A DNA stretch of 64,000 nt from an uncultured bacterium (GTDB lineage Bacteria > Zixibacteria > MSB-5A5 > CAIYYT01): the NCBI GenBank assembly GCA_963726455.1, contig CAVSCK010000004.1:480001-544000 (forward strand), written 5' to 3'. Below are positions 1 through 10,243 of the stretch, in pieces; positions within the stretch are counted from its first letter, which is position 1, and every line of letters begins with the position of its first letter. The notes beneath the pieces were generated by a model. The model ran no database searches, was not told where the DNA came from, and worked only from the letters and a program-made list of their open reading frames with translations. Position numbers and translations under genes: made by a program.

Positions 1-945
1 GATGACCGTGTCTACATCGAAAAACTGATCGACCGGCCGCGCCATATTGAAATGCAGATAGCGCGCGATCGTTTCGGCAACAGCGTTTACTTCGGCGAAA
101 GAGAATGCTCCATTCAAAGACGACATCAGAAATTGATTGAAGAGGCGCCCTCTGTCCTCGTGGATAGCGACATGCGCCGCAAGATGGGTAAGGTCGCAAT
201 CAATGCGATCACCGCTGCGGATTATTCCAATCTTGGCACCGTGGAATTCCTGGTGGATTCCGACCGTAAGTTCTACTTCCTCGAAGTCAACACGCGCCTT
301 CAGGTCGAACATCCTGTCACCGAATTGGTGACCGGCGTTGATCTGGTAAAGGAACAAATTCGCCTCGCCTCCGGTGAAAAGCTGTCAATCACTCAGGATC
401 AAATTCAAATCCGAGGGCATGCGATCGAATGCCGCATTTGTGCCGAGGACCCCGCAGCGGACTTTCTGCCGAGCGCCGGAACGATAAACGAATATCGCAT
501 GCCTGCCGGACCCGGAGTGCGTGTCGATTCCGGTTTCATAAAGGGATCGGAAGTTCCCCCATACTATGATTCCTTGCTCGCCAAACTTATTACTTTTGGC
601 GCCACGCGAGCCGAGGCAATTGCGCGTATGCAGCAGGCTCTGGCCGAATTTCGTATGACGGGCATTGCCACCAACCTTTGTTTCCATGAATCGGTCATGG
701 AAAATCCCGCGTTCGCTGCCGGCGACTTGTCGACGAGTTTCGTCGCCGATCATTTTTCAGGTGCGCGTTGCGGTGGGCCGCCTGATCGCTCACTTGCGGA
801 AGCCGCCGCCGTAGCCGCTGCGCTCTATCATTATTATGATTCGAAGCGACTGAAGCAAATCAACCTGGCAAACGGGTCAACAACCCAGTGGGGCAAACAA
901 GGCCGCCTTGACGCCTTGCGCACGGACCATCGGGGCAAGCCATGA
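1..945 (+). CDS. accC: Biotin carboxylase subunit of an acyl-CoA (probably propionyl-CoA) carboxylase, 5'-truncated by the window edge
   Basis: Frame open from base 1. Motifs ERECSIQRRHQK, FLEVNTRLQVEHPVTE and YYDSLLAKLI are present. Confidence 0.93.
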   Translation, partial: DDRVYIEKLIDRPRHIEMQIARDRFGNSVYFGERECSIQRRHQKLIEEAPSVLVDSDMRRKMGKVAINAITAADYSNLGTVEFLVDSDRKFYFLEVNTRLQVEHPVTELVTGVDLVKEQIRLASGEKLSITQDQIQIRGHAIECRICAEDPAADFLPSAGTINEYRMPAGPGVRVDSGFIKGSEVPPYYDSLLAKLITFGATRAEAIARMQQALAEFRMTGIATNLCFHESVMENPAFAAGDLSTSFVADHFSGARCGGPPDRSLAEAAAVAAALYHYYDSKRLKQINLANGSTTQWGKQGRLDALRTDHRGKP

Positions 946-1454
946 AATATCTAGTTACGATTGATGATCTATCATTCAATATCGACGTCAGCGATGTGCG
1001 CGGCGAACTCACTCTCAAGATCGATGGGCGCGAAATCGGCACTTCGGTCGTCACCGATCAGGATCATCGCCGTTTTCTCATGCTGCTCGATTCTCGGTCA
1101 TTCGATTCCGAGGTCGCCCACAGTAACGGCGTGACGTCAGTGCTGCTCGCCGGAAGAGAATTCGAGTGTGTCGTCGAAGATGAACGTCTGGTCTCAATAC
1201 GAAAAGTTGCGGGGATTGCCGCCACGAGCCATGAGACTCACGTTAAGGCGCCGATGCCGGGCCTGATCGTAAAGCTCTTGAAAAATGTCGGCGACCACGT
1301 CAAGAAAGGGGAGAGCTTGCTGTTGATTGAAGCCATGAAAATGGAAAACGAATTGAAAGCTCCGGCGGACGGCGTTGTCAGAGAAATCAATGCCCAAGCC
1401 GGAAGACCTGTTGACAAAGGGCAAGTTCTGATCACATTGTCTGGGCATGACTAA
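942..1454 (+). CDS. Biotin carboxyl carrier protein
   Basis: C-terminal biotinyl domain with EAMKMENE; ATGA overlap with the upstream gene. Confidence 0.92.
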   Translation: MKYLVTIDDLSFNIDVSDVRGELTLKIDGREIGTSVVTDQDHRRFLMLLDSRSFDSEVAHSNGVTSVLLAGREFECVVEDERLVSIRKVAGIAATSHETHVKAPMPGLIVKLLKNVGDHVKKGESLLLIEAMKMENELKAPADGVVREINAQAGRPVDKGQVLITLSGHD

Positions 1455-3000
1455 GAAATTCCGAACCGACAAGGACAATCCGCACTTCGACTACCGCGAG
1501 CAACTCGGCGATCCCGGCGAATTTCCGTTTACGCGCGGCATCTATCCCGGCATGTACACGGAGCGTCTCTGGACGATGCGCCAGTATGCCGGCTATGCCA
1601 CCGCACAGGAATCCAACCAGCGCTACCGATACCTTCTCGAACATGGCCAAACCGGGCTGTCTGTCGCATTCGATCTTCCCACTCAAATCGGTTATGACTC
1701 CGATCATCCGATGGCCGTCGGCGAAGTCGGACGCACCGGAGTAGCGATCGACACGCTTGCCGACTTTGAATTGCTTTTCGACTCAATTCCACTCGGCAAA
1801 GTTTCAACATCGATGACTATCAACGCGACCGCAGCTATTCTTCTGTGCATGTACATCGCAGTTGCGAAGAAACAAGGTGTGACGCCGGATCAAATTACCG
1901 GCACGGTGCAGAATGATATTCTCAAGGAATTCATCGCGCGAGGTACCTACATCTATCCGCCCAAGCCGTCGATGCGATTGGTAACTGATATTTTCGCTTA
2001 CGCCAAGGATCACCTTTCGCGCTACAACACCATCTCTATCTCGGGCTATCACATTCGCGAAGCCGGCGCCACCGCGGTGCAGGAAATTGCCTTCACACTG
2101 GCGAATGCCATTGAGTACGTGAATCACGCGTTGCAGGCCGGGCTGGAGATCGATCAGTTTGCGCCGCGATTATCGTTCTTCTTTTGCGCGCAGCAGAATC
2201 TGCTGGAGGAAGTCGCCAAGTTCCGCGCGGCTCGTCGTATCTGGGCAAGAATCATGAAGGACCGCTTTAGAGCAACGAATCCCTCGTCTCTGATGCTGCG
2301 CTTTCACACACAGACTGCGGGAGTCTCGCTAACGGCGCAGCAGCCGGAGGTCAACACAGTGCGCACGACACTGGAAGCGCTCTCTGCAGTCCTTGGTGGC
2401 ACACAGTCTTTGCATACCAACGCTCATGATGAAGCTCTGGCGTTACCGTCGGCGGAATCAGCCCAGCTTGCACTTCGAATTCAGCAGGTACTGGGCTACG
2501 AAACCGGACTTGCAGATGCCGTCGATCCGATGGCGGGCAGCTATTATATAGAGGCGAAAACCGACGAAATCGAAGCCGGAGTATTGGGGTATCTCAAACG
2601 CGTCGACGATCTCGGCGGTTCGCTAAAAGCTATCGAGGAGGGTTTTTTCCAGAAAGAGATTCAGGCCTCGGCATACGATTTCCAATTGCAGGTCGAAAAG
2701 GGTGAACGGGTAATCGTCGGCGTCAACAAATTCCGATCCGGCGGCAAGGTCGACATACGCATGCAGAAGATTCCCGATCAGGTTCGTGAGGATCAAGTGA
2801 AGCGCCTGAACGAGATCAGGAAAAGACGCAATTCCGAAGCGGTTTTGCGTAACTTGCAGCGAGTCAGGGATGCAGCCGAGTCAGATCAAAACCTGTTGCC
2901 GTTAATATTGGATTGCGTAGAATCTTACGCGACGGTAGGGGAAATATCAGACGCGCTTCGCGCCGTCTGGGGTGAATACCGCGAATCGGTTGTTATTTAA
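1447..3000 (+). CDS. Methylmalonyl-CoA mutase, substrate-binding (large) subunit without the B12-binding domain
   Basis: [17 protein letters not shown] (Tyr as in MCM, not the Phe of isobutyryl-CoA mutase), [31 protein letters not shown]. No DxHxxG domain. Confidence 0.93.
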   Translation: MTKKFRTDKDNPHFDYREQLGDPGEFPFTRGIYPGMYTERLWTMRQYAGYATAQESNQRYRYLLEHGQTGLSVAFDLPTQIGYDSDHPMAVGEVGRTGVAIDTLADFELLFDSIPLGKVSTSMTINATAAILLCMYIAVAKKQGVTPDQITGTVQNDILKEFIARGTYIYPPKPSMRLVTDIFAYAKDHLSRYNTISISGYHIREAGATAVQEIAFTLANAIEYVNHALQAGLEIDQFAPRLSFFFCAQQNLLEEVAKFRAARRIWARIMKDRFRATNPSSLMLRFHTQTAGVSLTAQQPEVNTVRTTLEALSAVLGGTQSLHTNAHDEALALPSAESAQLALRIQQVLGYETGLADAVDPMAGSYYIEAKTDEIEAGVLGYLKRVDDLGGSLKAIEEGFFQKEIQASAYDFQLQVEKGERVIVGVNKFRSGGKVDIRMQKIPDQVREDQVKRLNEIRKRRNSEAVLRNLQRVRDAAESDQNLLPLILDCVESYATVGEISDALRAVWGEYRESVVI

Positions 3001-3405
3001 ATGAAGAAATCAATTCAACACATAGCCATCGCCGTGCGCGATATCGAAAAAGCCAAGCAACTATATTCTGGTCTGGCCGGCGTATCAGCAACAGGAACCA
3101 TGGATGTTCCGAGTCAGAAGGTGAAGGTCTGTTTTATCGAGATGCCGAATGCACGCATTGAGTTGATTTCGCCGACCGCCGGCAACGAGAGTCTCAGTCG
3201 ATTTATTGATAAGCATGGCGAGGGTTTGCATCATATTTGTCTTGGTGTCTCCGATATTTCCGCCGAACTCGAACGCCTCAAGTTGCAGGGGACACGCCTG
3301 ATTGACCAGCAACCTCGTATCGGCGGCAGAGGCCACAAAGTCGCATTCATCCATCCCGAAGCTACGGGCGGCGTACTGATTGAGCTTGAGGAAACTCAAG
3401 ACTAG
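3001..3405 (+). CDS. mce: Methylmalonyl-CoA epimerase
   Basis: VOC-fold motifs HIAIAV, GEGLHHICL and AFIHP..GGVLIEL; follows the mutase gene. Confidence 0.92.
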   Translation: MKKSIQHIAIAVRDIEKAKQLYSGLAGVSATGTMDVPSQKVKVCFIEMPNARIELISPTAGNESLSRFIDKHGEGLHHICLGVSDISAELERLKLQGTRLIDQQPRIGGRGHKVAFIHPEATGGVLIELEETQD

Positions 3406-3559
3406 TTAATGGGTGCGATGACTTCGCCCCAAAGCAATCAAAGAGACCTGACGCGTCCGACAAACGATTCATTCGGTTATCCACATAGAGGATATCATCT
3501 TGGCAAATATGCGGCTCCTAGTTTCGGGAGAAGAATGGAGATTTCTGGGAATAAGATTC

Positions 3560-3588
3560 TTGACAAAGTGTATTTAGTGGTGTAGAGT
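3560..3588 (+). promoter_or_regulatory. Putative sigma-70 promoter
   Basis: TTGACA-17 nt-TAGAGT with an extended TG. Confidence 0.45.
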
Positions 3589-3784
3589 ATAGATTATGAA
3601 GATGTGATGACGAATGGCCCGCGACACAGTAATCCCGCAGAGCTGGGGTTCTCCCTCAGGTGCCGAGAATGGCATTGTGAGCAATAGTACGCTGGTATGA
3701 GGAGGTGATTCGAAACATGCCATTACCTGCTGAGCATCATCATAACGGGGAAGAACACTGCTCGTTGAAGAAGGAGATACATAT

Positions 3785-5719
3785 ATGAAATGGATGTTTG
3801 CTACCTTGGCGTACTTGGTAATCTGGTCTGGCTTCACATCACGTTTGCTATACTCAGCCGACCGAGAGATGCTGTCTCCAATTGAGGTAGGGAGTGTGAG
3901 TGCTGACACCATTGGAGAAGGAGTTGTATCCACGATCTCGCTCAAAGTACTCTGCTGGCCAAATCAACTGAGTAAAGTAACCGCCAGAATTGTACCGGGA
4001 ACCGGCTACGAAGTCGTGGGTCAGCCGCCGGATTCATACGAGAGGCCGGACATTGAAGCGGTCGTATTCAGAGCTACGATTCGCGCAACCTCTCACGGTA
4101 TCTGGGAGGTCGGGGTCGAAGTTTCGGGTGGCTGGTCCGACACTACGAGGTTGTCAGTTAATTCGCATTTCTACATTCAAGTGAACGATTCTTCGAGTCG
4201 AGTCCTCAGTGCCGCAGAGTATTCCTCCCTCCAAGGCGATGCAGGCAAAGTGACAAAGAACCCTACTAGGAGCAGTAAGTCAATCCCGCACAATACAGGG
4301 AAGATGTCGAAGCCGAGAATCCTTTCAACAAGACAAGACTCTGTTGCTAGGATTCGGAAAGAAGAGAAGATCAACGATACGACCCGGCACAAGAGCGAAG
4401 CGCCGTCCTCTATTGATACATCGAAAGCAAAAGAAGGCGACACGCGAAAAATGATTGGAACCTTTGATTTGTGCGGCTCTCTTTCGTACCATGATTCACG
4501 CGACCCGCAAGGATGGACAAGACCTGCCGTAAACGTCATGGTAGAGGTTTGGAACGAAAACGAATACGACATTCCGCCATCCGGCGATCAACTACTCGGA
4601 ACTGGTATAACCGATTGGACCGGCTCCTATACGTTCTCGTTCTTAGATAACACTGACGAGGACGGAACAGCAGACCCGTACATCGTCTGGCGAAGCGATA
4701 ACGCAGACTGGGAGGTGAGACGTCCCAATGCGGGAGACATATACAGATGGTATTCGCAAATTATGCGCGATGCCGCCGATGACGAGACAGTTGAGTTCGG
4801 CGATCATACTATTCAGAGCTATCCCGAGGCTATGTAGTGCTTTCAGTTTGTCAACCTTGGTTGGAATGAAGCCGACTACGTTGGGCCTGACCCTGGATTT
4901 GTTTCGTGCATTTGGCCAGACGCCTCTACTTACACCAGCAATCTTGGTGATGTGATTCATATCACGTCGGATTATGCTCGAGCGATAGACGTTGTAAACC
5001 ACGAGTATGGGCACGCAATGATGATGCAGCACTATTACAATAGTGTCGTTTGGGGGTGCAACCAGACGGGGATAAATGTTATCTCATGTCCGAGCACTGC
5101 ATGGAGAGAAGGGTGGGCCACGTTCTTCGCCCTAGTTGTGACGCCCGACGGCGTGATGGACTACGACATCCCGGGACAGGGGGTACATTTCCCAATCGAA
5201 ATCCCGCAGTTTACTCCTTTCGAGCAAGGTCCATCCGTTACAGGTAGGGTTGCTGGGGCCCTCCTCGATGTCTGGGATACGAATAACGATAATTTGGATC
5301 AGAACTCGTCCAACCCAGTGAGTTTTGGGACATTGTACACCTGGGGGGTTCAGAATCATGTAGACACCTTTTTTTACGCATACTGGACCTATTTACGTTA
5401 TAATGAACTCAGCAGTCAACAGGTAGCTGCCGGACTTCAGTCCATAGCCAACAACACTATCGATTACAGTTGCACTTTGTGCGGCGATGCAAACAGTGAC
5501 GGAACCATAGACGTTTCAGATGCAGTGTTCTTGATTCAATACATTTTTGCAGGTGGCGCCGCTCCCGGCTCATGCAGTTACCCCCTCGGAAAGGGCGACG
5601 CTGACGGCACTGGCACTGTAGATATCTCGGATGCTTCGTTTCTAGTTTCGCACATTTTTGCCGACGGTCCCTGTCCACATTGTCTCGGAGCACCTGAACT
5701 ACCTCAGCCATGCCCCTGA
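3785..5719 (+). CDS. Secreted gluzincin-type metallopeptidase with C-terminal dockerin-like module, interrupted by a single in-frame TAG at 4835-4837
   Basis: ORFs 3785..4837 and 4952..5719 share a frame and the intervening codons are open. N-terminal signal-like segment, HEYGH plus downstream EG(W) ligand, C-terminal GDANSDGTIDVSDAVFLIQYIF. Confidence 0.75.
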
Positions 5720-5870
5720 GTCGAAGCATCATTTCAGAACCAAGTATCGACATGCCTATCTTAGGTTGCCGGGGAATCAGCATCTTGATCGCCCGCACGC
5801 CGAAATCGATTCACCACGTAACTTCCGAGAGAAATGCTTCCGCACCTTGTTGCTGGCCTAATAAATATAC

Positions 5871-5898
5871 TTGACACGCTTGTGAAAAAAATTACATT
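5871..5898 (+). promoter_or_regulatory. Putative sigma-70 promoter of the nuo operon
   Basis: TTGACA-16 nt-TACATT just upstream of the nuoA RBS. Confidence 0.6.
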
Positions 5899-5924
5899 GC
5901 CCCGCAATAGTTTCGGAGGTTGAT

Positions 5925-6287
5925 CTGAGTAGTTTCGAAACATATTTCCCGATCTTCTTCCAGATCGTTCTGGCCATCATCATCGGGGCGTTCATGTTCG
6001 GCCTCTCGGCATCGCTCGGAAAGCGTTCGCGCAGCATTGTCAAAGATGAAGCTTACGAATGTGGCATCGAAGCTACCACCGATACCCGCCAACGTTTCTC
6101 GGTAAAATTCTATCTCGTTGCCATACTATTTATTGTCTTCGATCTCGAGACAATATTTCTCTTTCCGTGGGCGGTTAATTTCAAACAACTCGGACTATTC
6201 GGACTCGTGGAGATGGTCATCTTCATCCTGATCCTCCTTGTCGGTTACGTATATATCGTGAAGAAAGGAGCGATCAAATGGGATTAG
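5925..6287 (+). CDS. nuoA: NADH-quinone oxidoreductase subunit A (probable CTG start)
   Basis: [33 protein letters not shown] at 5915-5920 precedes an in-frame CTG that restores TM1. Confidence 0.93.
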   Translation: MSSFETYFPIFFQIVLAIIIGAFMFGLSASLGKRSRSIVKDEAYECGIEATTDTRQRFSVKFYLVAILFIVFDLETIFLFPWAVNFKQLGLFGLVEMVIFILILLVGYVYIVKKGAIKWD

Positions 6288-6769
6288 AAGAAAAAATCCC
6301 GGACGGGATAGTTTTGGCGACGGCAGAGAAGCTCGTCAATTGGGCGCGCAAACGGTCAACCTGGCCCTTCGGCTTCGGGCTGGCTTGTTGTGCGATCGAG
6401 ATGATGTCTTCCTTCGGGCCCAAGTATGACCTCTCGCGCTTCGGAATGGAAGTTATGCGCGCCTCGCCGCGTCAGGCCGATCTTATGATTGTCGCCGGCA
6501 GAGTATCGAACAAGATGGCGCCGGTACTCAAACGTCTTTACGATCAAATGCCCAATCCGAAATGGGTAATCGCCATGGGCGCCTGTGCGTCCTGTGGCGG
6601 GGTATTCAACAACTACGCGATTCTTCAGGGCGTTGATAAGATCGTGCCCGTGGATATATACGTGCCCGGTTGTCCGCCGCGGCCCGAACAACTGATTGAC
6701 GGTATCGTCAAACTGGAGAAGTTGATCGAACAGGAGAAGCTCAAAGGCGAATCGAAACAAAGCGCTTGA
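6278..6769 (+). CDS. nuoB: NADH-quinone oxidoreductase subunit B
   Basis: [24 protein letters not shown]. Confidence 0.97.
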   Translation: MGLEEKIPDGIVLATAEKLVNWARKRSTWPFGFGLACCAIEMMSSFGPKYDLSRFGMEVMRASPRQADLMIVAGRVSNKMAPVLKRLYDQMPNPKWVIAMGACASCGGVFNNYAILQGVDKIVPVDIYVPGCPPRPEQLIDGIVKLEKLIEQEKLKGESKQSA

Positions 6770-6804
6770 GCATAGCAACAAAGGATCGTAGCTAAGTTTA
6801 CTTG

Positions 6805-7305
6805 ATGAATAACGTCACTCAAGAGCGGGTCAAGTCTCAATTCGGGGATCGAATACTGGAAACAGTAGTCGCCTACGACGAATTGACTTTCGTCGTGGAC
6901 AAGTCTGCTGTTGTCGAGCTGGCCCGTTTTCTCCGCGACGATAATTCCCTCAAGTACCTGCATCTCTCCGACATTACTGCGACTGACTGGCCCGCACGTC
7001 CGAAAAGATTCGAGGTCGTTTATCATCTGATGTCGTTCGATCTCAAGGATTATGTCCGCCTCAAAGTTCGCGTTGGCGAAGACGAACCCGTGCCAACTCT
7101 GACGGGCGAATGGGACACCGCGAACTGGCTCGAACGCGAAGTCTACGACATGTTCGGCATCAAATTCGCCGGTCATCCGGACATGCGCCGCATTCTCATG
7201 TGGGATGAATTCGAAGGCCATCCACTGCGCAAGGATTATCCGCTGACCTACGAGGTGCCACAGTTTACCTACAATAAGGATTTGCCGCCGGAGGTCATCA
7301 AGTAA
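6805..7305 (+). CDS. nuoC: NADH-quinone oxidoreductase subunit C
   Basis: WLEREVYDMFGI, GHPDMRRIL, GHPLRKDYP. Confidence 0.96.
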   Translation: MNNVTQERVKSQFGDRILETVVAYDELTFVVDKSAVVELARFLRDDNSLKYLHLSDITATDWPARPKRFEVVYHLMSFDLKDYVRLKVRVGEDEPVPTLTGEWDTANWLEREVYDMFGIKFAGHPDMRRILMWDEFEGHPLRKDYPLTYEVPQFTYNKDLPPEVIK

Positions 7306-8474
7306 TGCGCACCGAGACGATGACCGTCAATCTCGGTCCGCAACATCCCGCGACTCACGGGGTGCTTCGTGTCGTGCTTGAACTCGATGGCGAAATCGTG
7401 GTGAAATGCACGCCGGAAATCGGCTACCTGCACACCGGTATCGAAAAGACCGCCGAAGCCAAGCTCTATTACAAAGTCATTCCTTTGACTGACCGCATGG
7501 ACTATCTCGCACCCATGTCGAATAATCTCGGCTATTGCCTGGCGGTGGAGAAGCTTTTCGGCGTTGAAGCCCCGCCCAAAGCGCAATGGGCGCGTGTACT
7601 CCTGACCGAAATCACCCGACTGAATTCACATATCGTCTGGCTGGGAACTCACGCGCTGGATATCGGCGCCATGAGTATGCTGCTTTACACCTTCCGCGAA
7701 CGCGAGGATTTGCTCTATATATATGAAGCTGTTTCCGGCCAGCGAATGATGTCCACGTATTTTCGTATCGGCGGCCTGGCTGCCGACCTGCCGGAGGATT
7801 TCGAAAAGCGTGTCCGCCGAGTCCTGGATACTTTCCCGGGGCGCTTCGAAGAATATGAGAACATTCTGACGAACAACCGCATTTGGCGCAACCGCACCAT
7901 CGGCGTCGGCGTGATCAGTAAGGAAGAGGCGCTTACGTCGGGGCTCACCGGTCCGCTGTTGCGCGCTGCCGGCGTCAAATACGATCTGCGTAAAGCCAGG
8001 CCGTATTCGAGCTACGAAAAATTCGATTTCGAGATTCCGACCCGCGAAGCTTCTGATTGTTTCGCACGGTACGAAGTTCGCCTCGAGGAAATGCGCCAAA
8101 GTTTGCGCATCATCAAGCAGGCGCTGGAAGGTATGCCGGAAGGACGTTATCGCGCCGATGCACCCGGTATCGTGAATCCGACCAAGGAAGAAGCGCTCTA
8201 TCAGATGGAAGCCATGATCTATCACTTCAAGCTGACGACCGAAGGTTTCCATCCTCCCAAAGGCGAAGTCTACGTGACCATCGAATCGCCCAAAGGTGAA
8301 CTCGGATACTACATCGTTTCCGATGGCGGCACGCGGCCATACCGCATGCGCGTGCGTCCGCCAAGCTTTGTGAATATCGCGGCGTTGTCGAAGCTGGTGG
8401 TTGGCAGACTGCTGGCGGACGTCATTGCCTGTATCGGATCGGTGGACATCGTACTGGGTGAGGTGGACAGATGA
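7305..8474 (+). CDS. nuoD: NADH-quinone oxidoreductase subunit D
   Basis: NLGPQHPATHGVLR, GYLHTGIEK, C-terminal DIVLGEVDR. Confidence 0.97.
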   Translation: MRTETMTVNLGPQHPATHGVLRVVLELDGEIVVKCTPEIGYLHTGIEKTAEAKLYYKVIPLTDRMDYLAPMSNNLGYCLAVEKLFGVEAPPKAQWARVLLTEITRLNSHIVWLGTHALDIGAMSMLLYTFREREDLLYIYEAVSGQRMMSTYFRIGGLAADLPEDFEKRVRRVLDTFPGRFEEYENILTNNRIWRNRTIGVGVISKEEALTSGLTGPLLRAAGVKYDLRKARPYSSYEKFDFEIPTREASDCFARYEVRLEEMRQSLRIIKQALEGMPEGRYRADAPGIVNPTKEEALYQMEAMIYHFKLTTEGFHPPKGEVYVTIESPKGELGYYIVSDGGTRPYRMRVRPPSFVNIAALSKLVVGRLLADVIACIGSVDIVLGEVDR

Positions 8475-8947
8475 TCTTATCAGATGCGGCTAAGTTAAAA
8501 ATTTCACAAGCTGGCAAGAAATATCCAAAGATAAAGTCTGCTATTTTGCCGGCTCTGCATATTGCCTACGAAGAGCATGGTTATCTTAGCGACCAAATGT
8601 ACGAGGAGATCTCGCAAATACTTGGACTGAAATTTATCGAGGTTGCCGAGGCCGCCTCATTCTATACGATGTTTCCCAAGGCCAAACGCGGCAAGTACCT
8701 GTTGCAGGTCTGCCGCAATATTTCGTGCGCCTTATTGGGTTCGCATCATTTACGAGACTACCTGCTCGAAAAGCTGGGCGTGCGACTTGGAGAGACCACC
8801 GCCGACGGTCTGTTCACCGTGGTCGAGGTCGAATGCCTCGGCAGTTGTACGACCGCTCCGATGATGCAGGTCAACCAACATTACTATGAGAATCTCACGG
8901 TTGAGAAAGTCGACCGCCTGATTGAGGAATTCCGGGGCCGGAAATAG
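8471..8947 (+). CDS. nuoE: NADH-quinone oxidoreductase subunit E
   Basis: 2Fe-2S ligands CRNISC and ECLGSC. Confidence 0.95.
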   Translation: MILSDAAKLKISQAGKKYPKIKSAILPALHIAYEEHGYLSDQMYEEISQILGLKFIEVAEAASFYTMFPKAKRGKYLLQVCRNISCALLGSHHLRDYLLEKLGVRLGETTADGLFTVVEVECLGSCTTAPMMQVNQHYYENLTVEKVDRLIEEFRGRK

Positions 8948-8952
8948 ATCTG

Positions 8953-10243
8953 ATGGAAACGAAGATACTCACTGAGTTTGTCAGCGATCCGCAACAGCAC
9001 ACAATTGACCGTGCCATTGAGCATGGCGCCTATCAGGCATGGCAGAAAGTGCTCAAGGATATCAAGCCCGACGAACTTGATTCAAATGGTCAAGGACTCC
9101 GGCTTGCGCGGTCGCGGCGGCGCGGGATTCCCGACTGGAATGAAGTGGAGCTTCGTTCCCAAAAACTCGCCCAAACCGAAATACCTTTGCTGCAACGCCG
9201 ACGAATCCGAGCCCGGCACCTGCAAGGATCGTGTTTTGCTCGAAGGTGATCCGCACGCAGTTGTCGAGGGAATGGCAATTGCCTCGTATGCCATCGATTG
9301 TCATACGGCATTCTTCTATATCCGCGGCGAATATGACGTCAGCCAGGTTCGCATGTCCAAAGCAATCGAGGACGCCTACGCCAAAGGATATCTCGGCAAA
9401 AACATTTTTGGCACCGGCTATGATCTTGACATCGTCGTGCACCGTGGTGGCGGCGCATATATATGTGGCGAAGAAACCGCGCTGCTCAGTTCGCTTGAAG
9501 GCGACAAAGGGCTGGCGCGTTTGAAACCTCCGTTCCCGGCGGTCGAGGGCCTGTACAATTGCCCGACCATCATCAACAACGTCGAAACCCTTGCCAATTT
9601 GCCCCGCATTGTAATGAAGGGCGCGCAGTGGTTCGCCAGCCTGGGTACCGAAAAATCCAAAGGCACGAGAATCTTCTCGGTCTCCGGCCATGTAAAGAAG
9701 CCGGGTAACTACGAGTTGGAGCTTGGCTATTCATTGCGCGATCTCGTTTACGGCCTCGCCGGGGGCATCAAGGATGACAAGCAACTCAAGGCGATTATTC
9801 CCGGCGGCTCATCCACACCGATTCTTTTGCCCGACAAGCTCGACACCAAATTGGATTTCGAATCGGTCGCCGCAGCGGGTTCCATGCTCGGTTCCTGTGC
9901 CGTCATCGTGATGGACGAGGACACTTGCATCGTCTGGATCGCCGAAATTCTGGCGCACTTCTATATGCACGAATCCTGCGGCAAGTGCACTCCCTGCCGG
10001 CAGGGTACCGGCTGGATGTATGAAATCATCCGCCGCATTGAAGCAGGCAAGGGCAAAATGGAAGACCTGGACACGCTGATGGATATCGCTAAGAATATCG
10101 AAGGGAACACGATTTGCCCGCTGGGCGACGCAGCCGCAGTCCCGGTCATTTCTGCGCTAAGTCTATTCCGGGATGAATTTGTTTATCACATCGAGAACGG
10201 CAGATGCAAGGCGCCGACTCGATTTCGCATGAGAGAGAAATGA
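8953..10243 (+). CDS. nuoF: NADH-quinone oxidoreductase subunit F (apparent +1 frameshift near 9078)
   Basis: GLRGRGGAGF, NADESEPG, YICGEETAL, CGKCTPC. The N-terminus lies in ORF 8953..9249 and the rest in 8978..10243. Confidence 0.95.

Noticed and set aside
3620-3780. Riboswitch in the leader of the peptidase gene
   Set aside because: A stem (AATGGCAT/ATGCCATT) exists, but no known aptamer consensus is present in the correct order.
3785-5719. Genome-wide TAG reassignment
   Set aside because: mce, nuoE, nuoG, nuoH, nuoJ and nuoK terminate at TAG at their expected C-termini.
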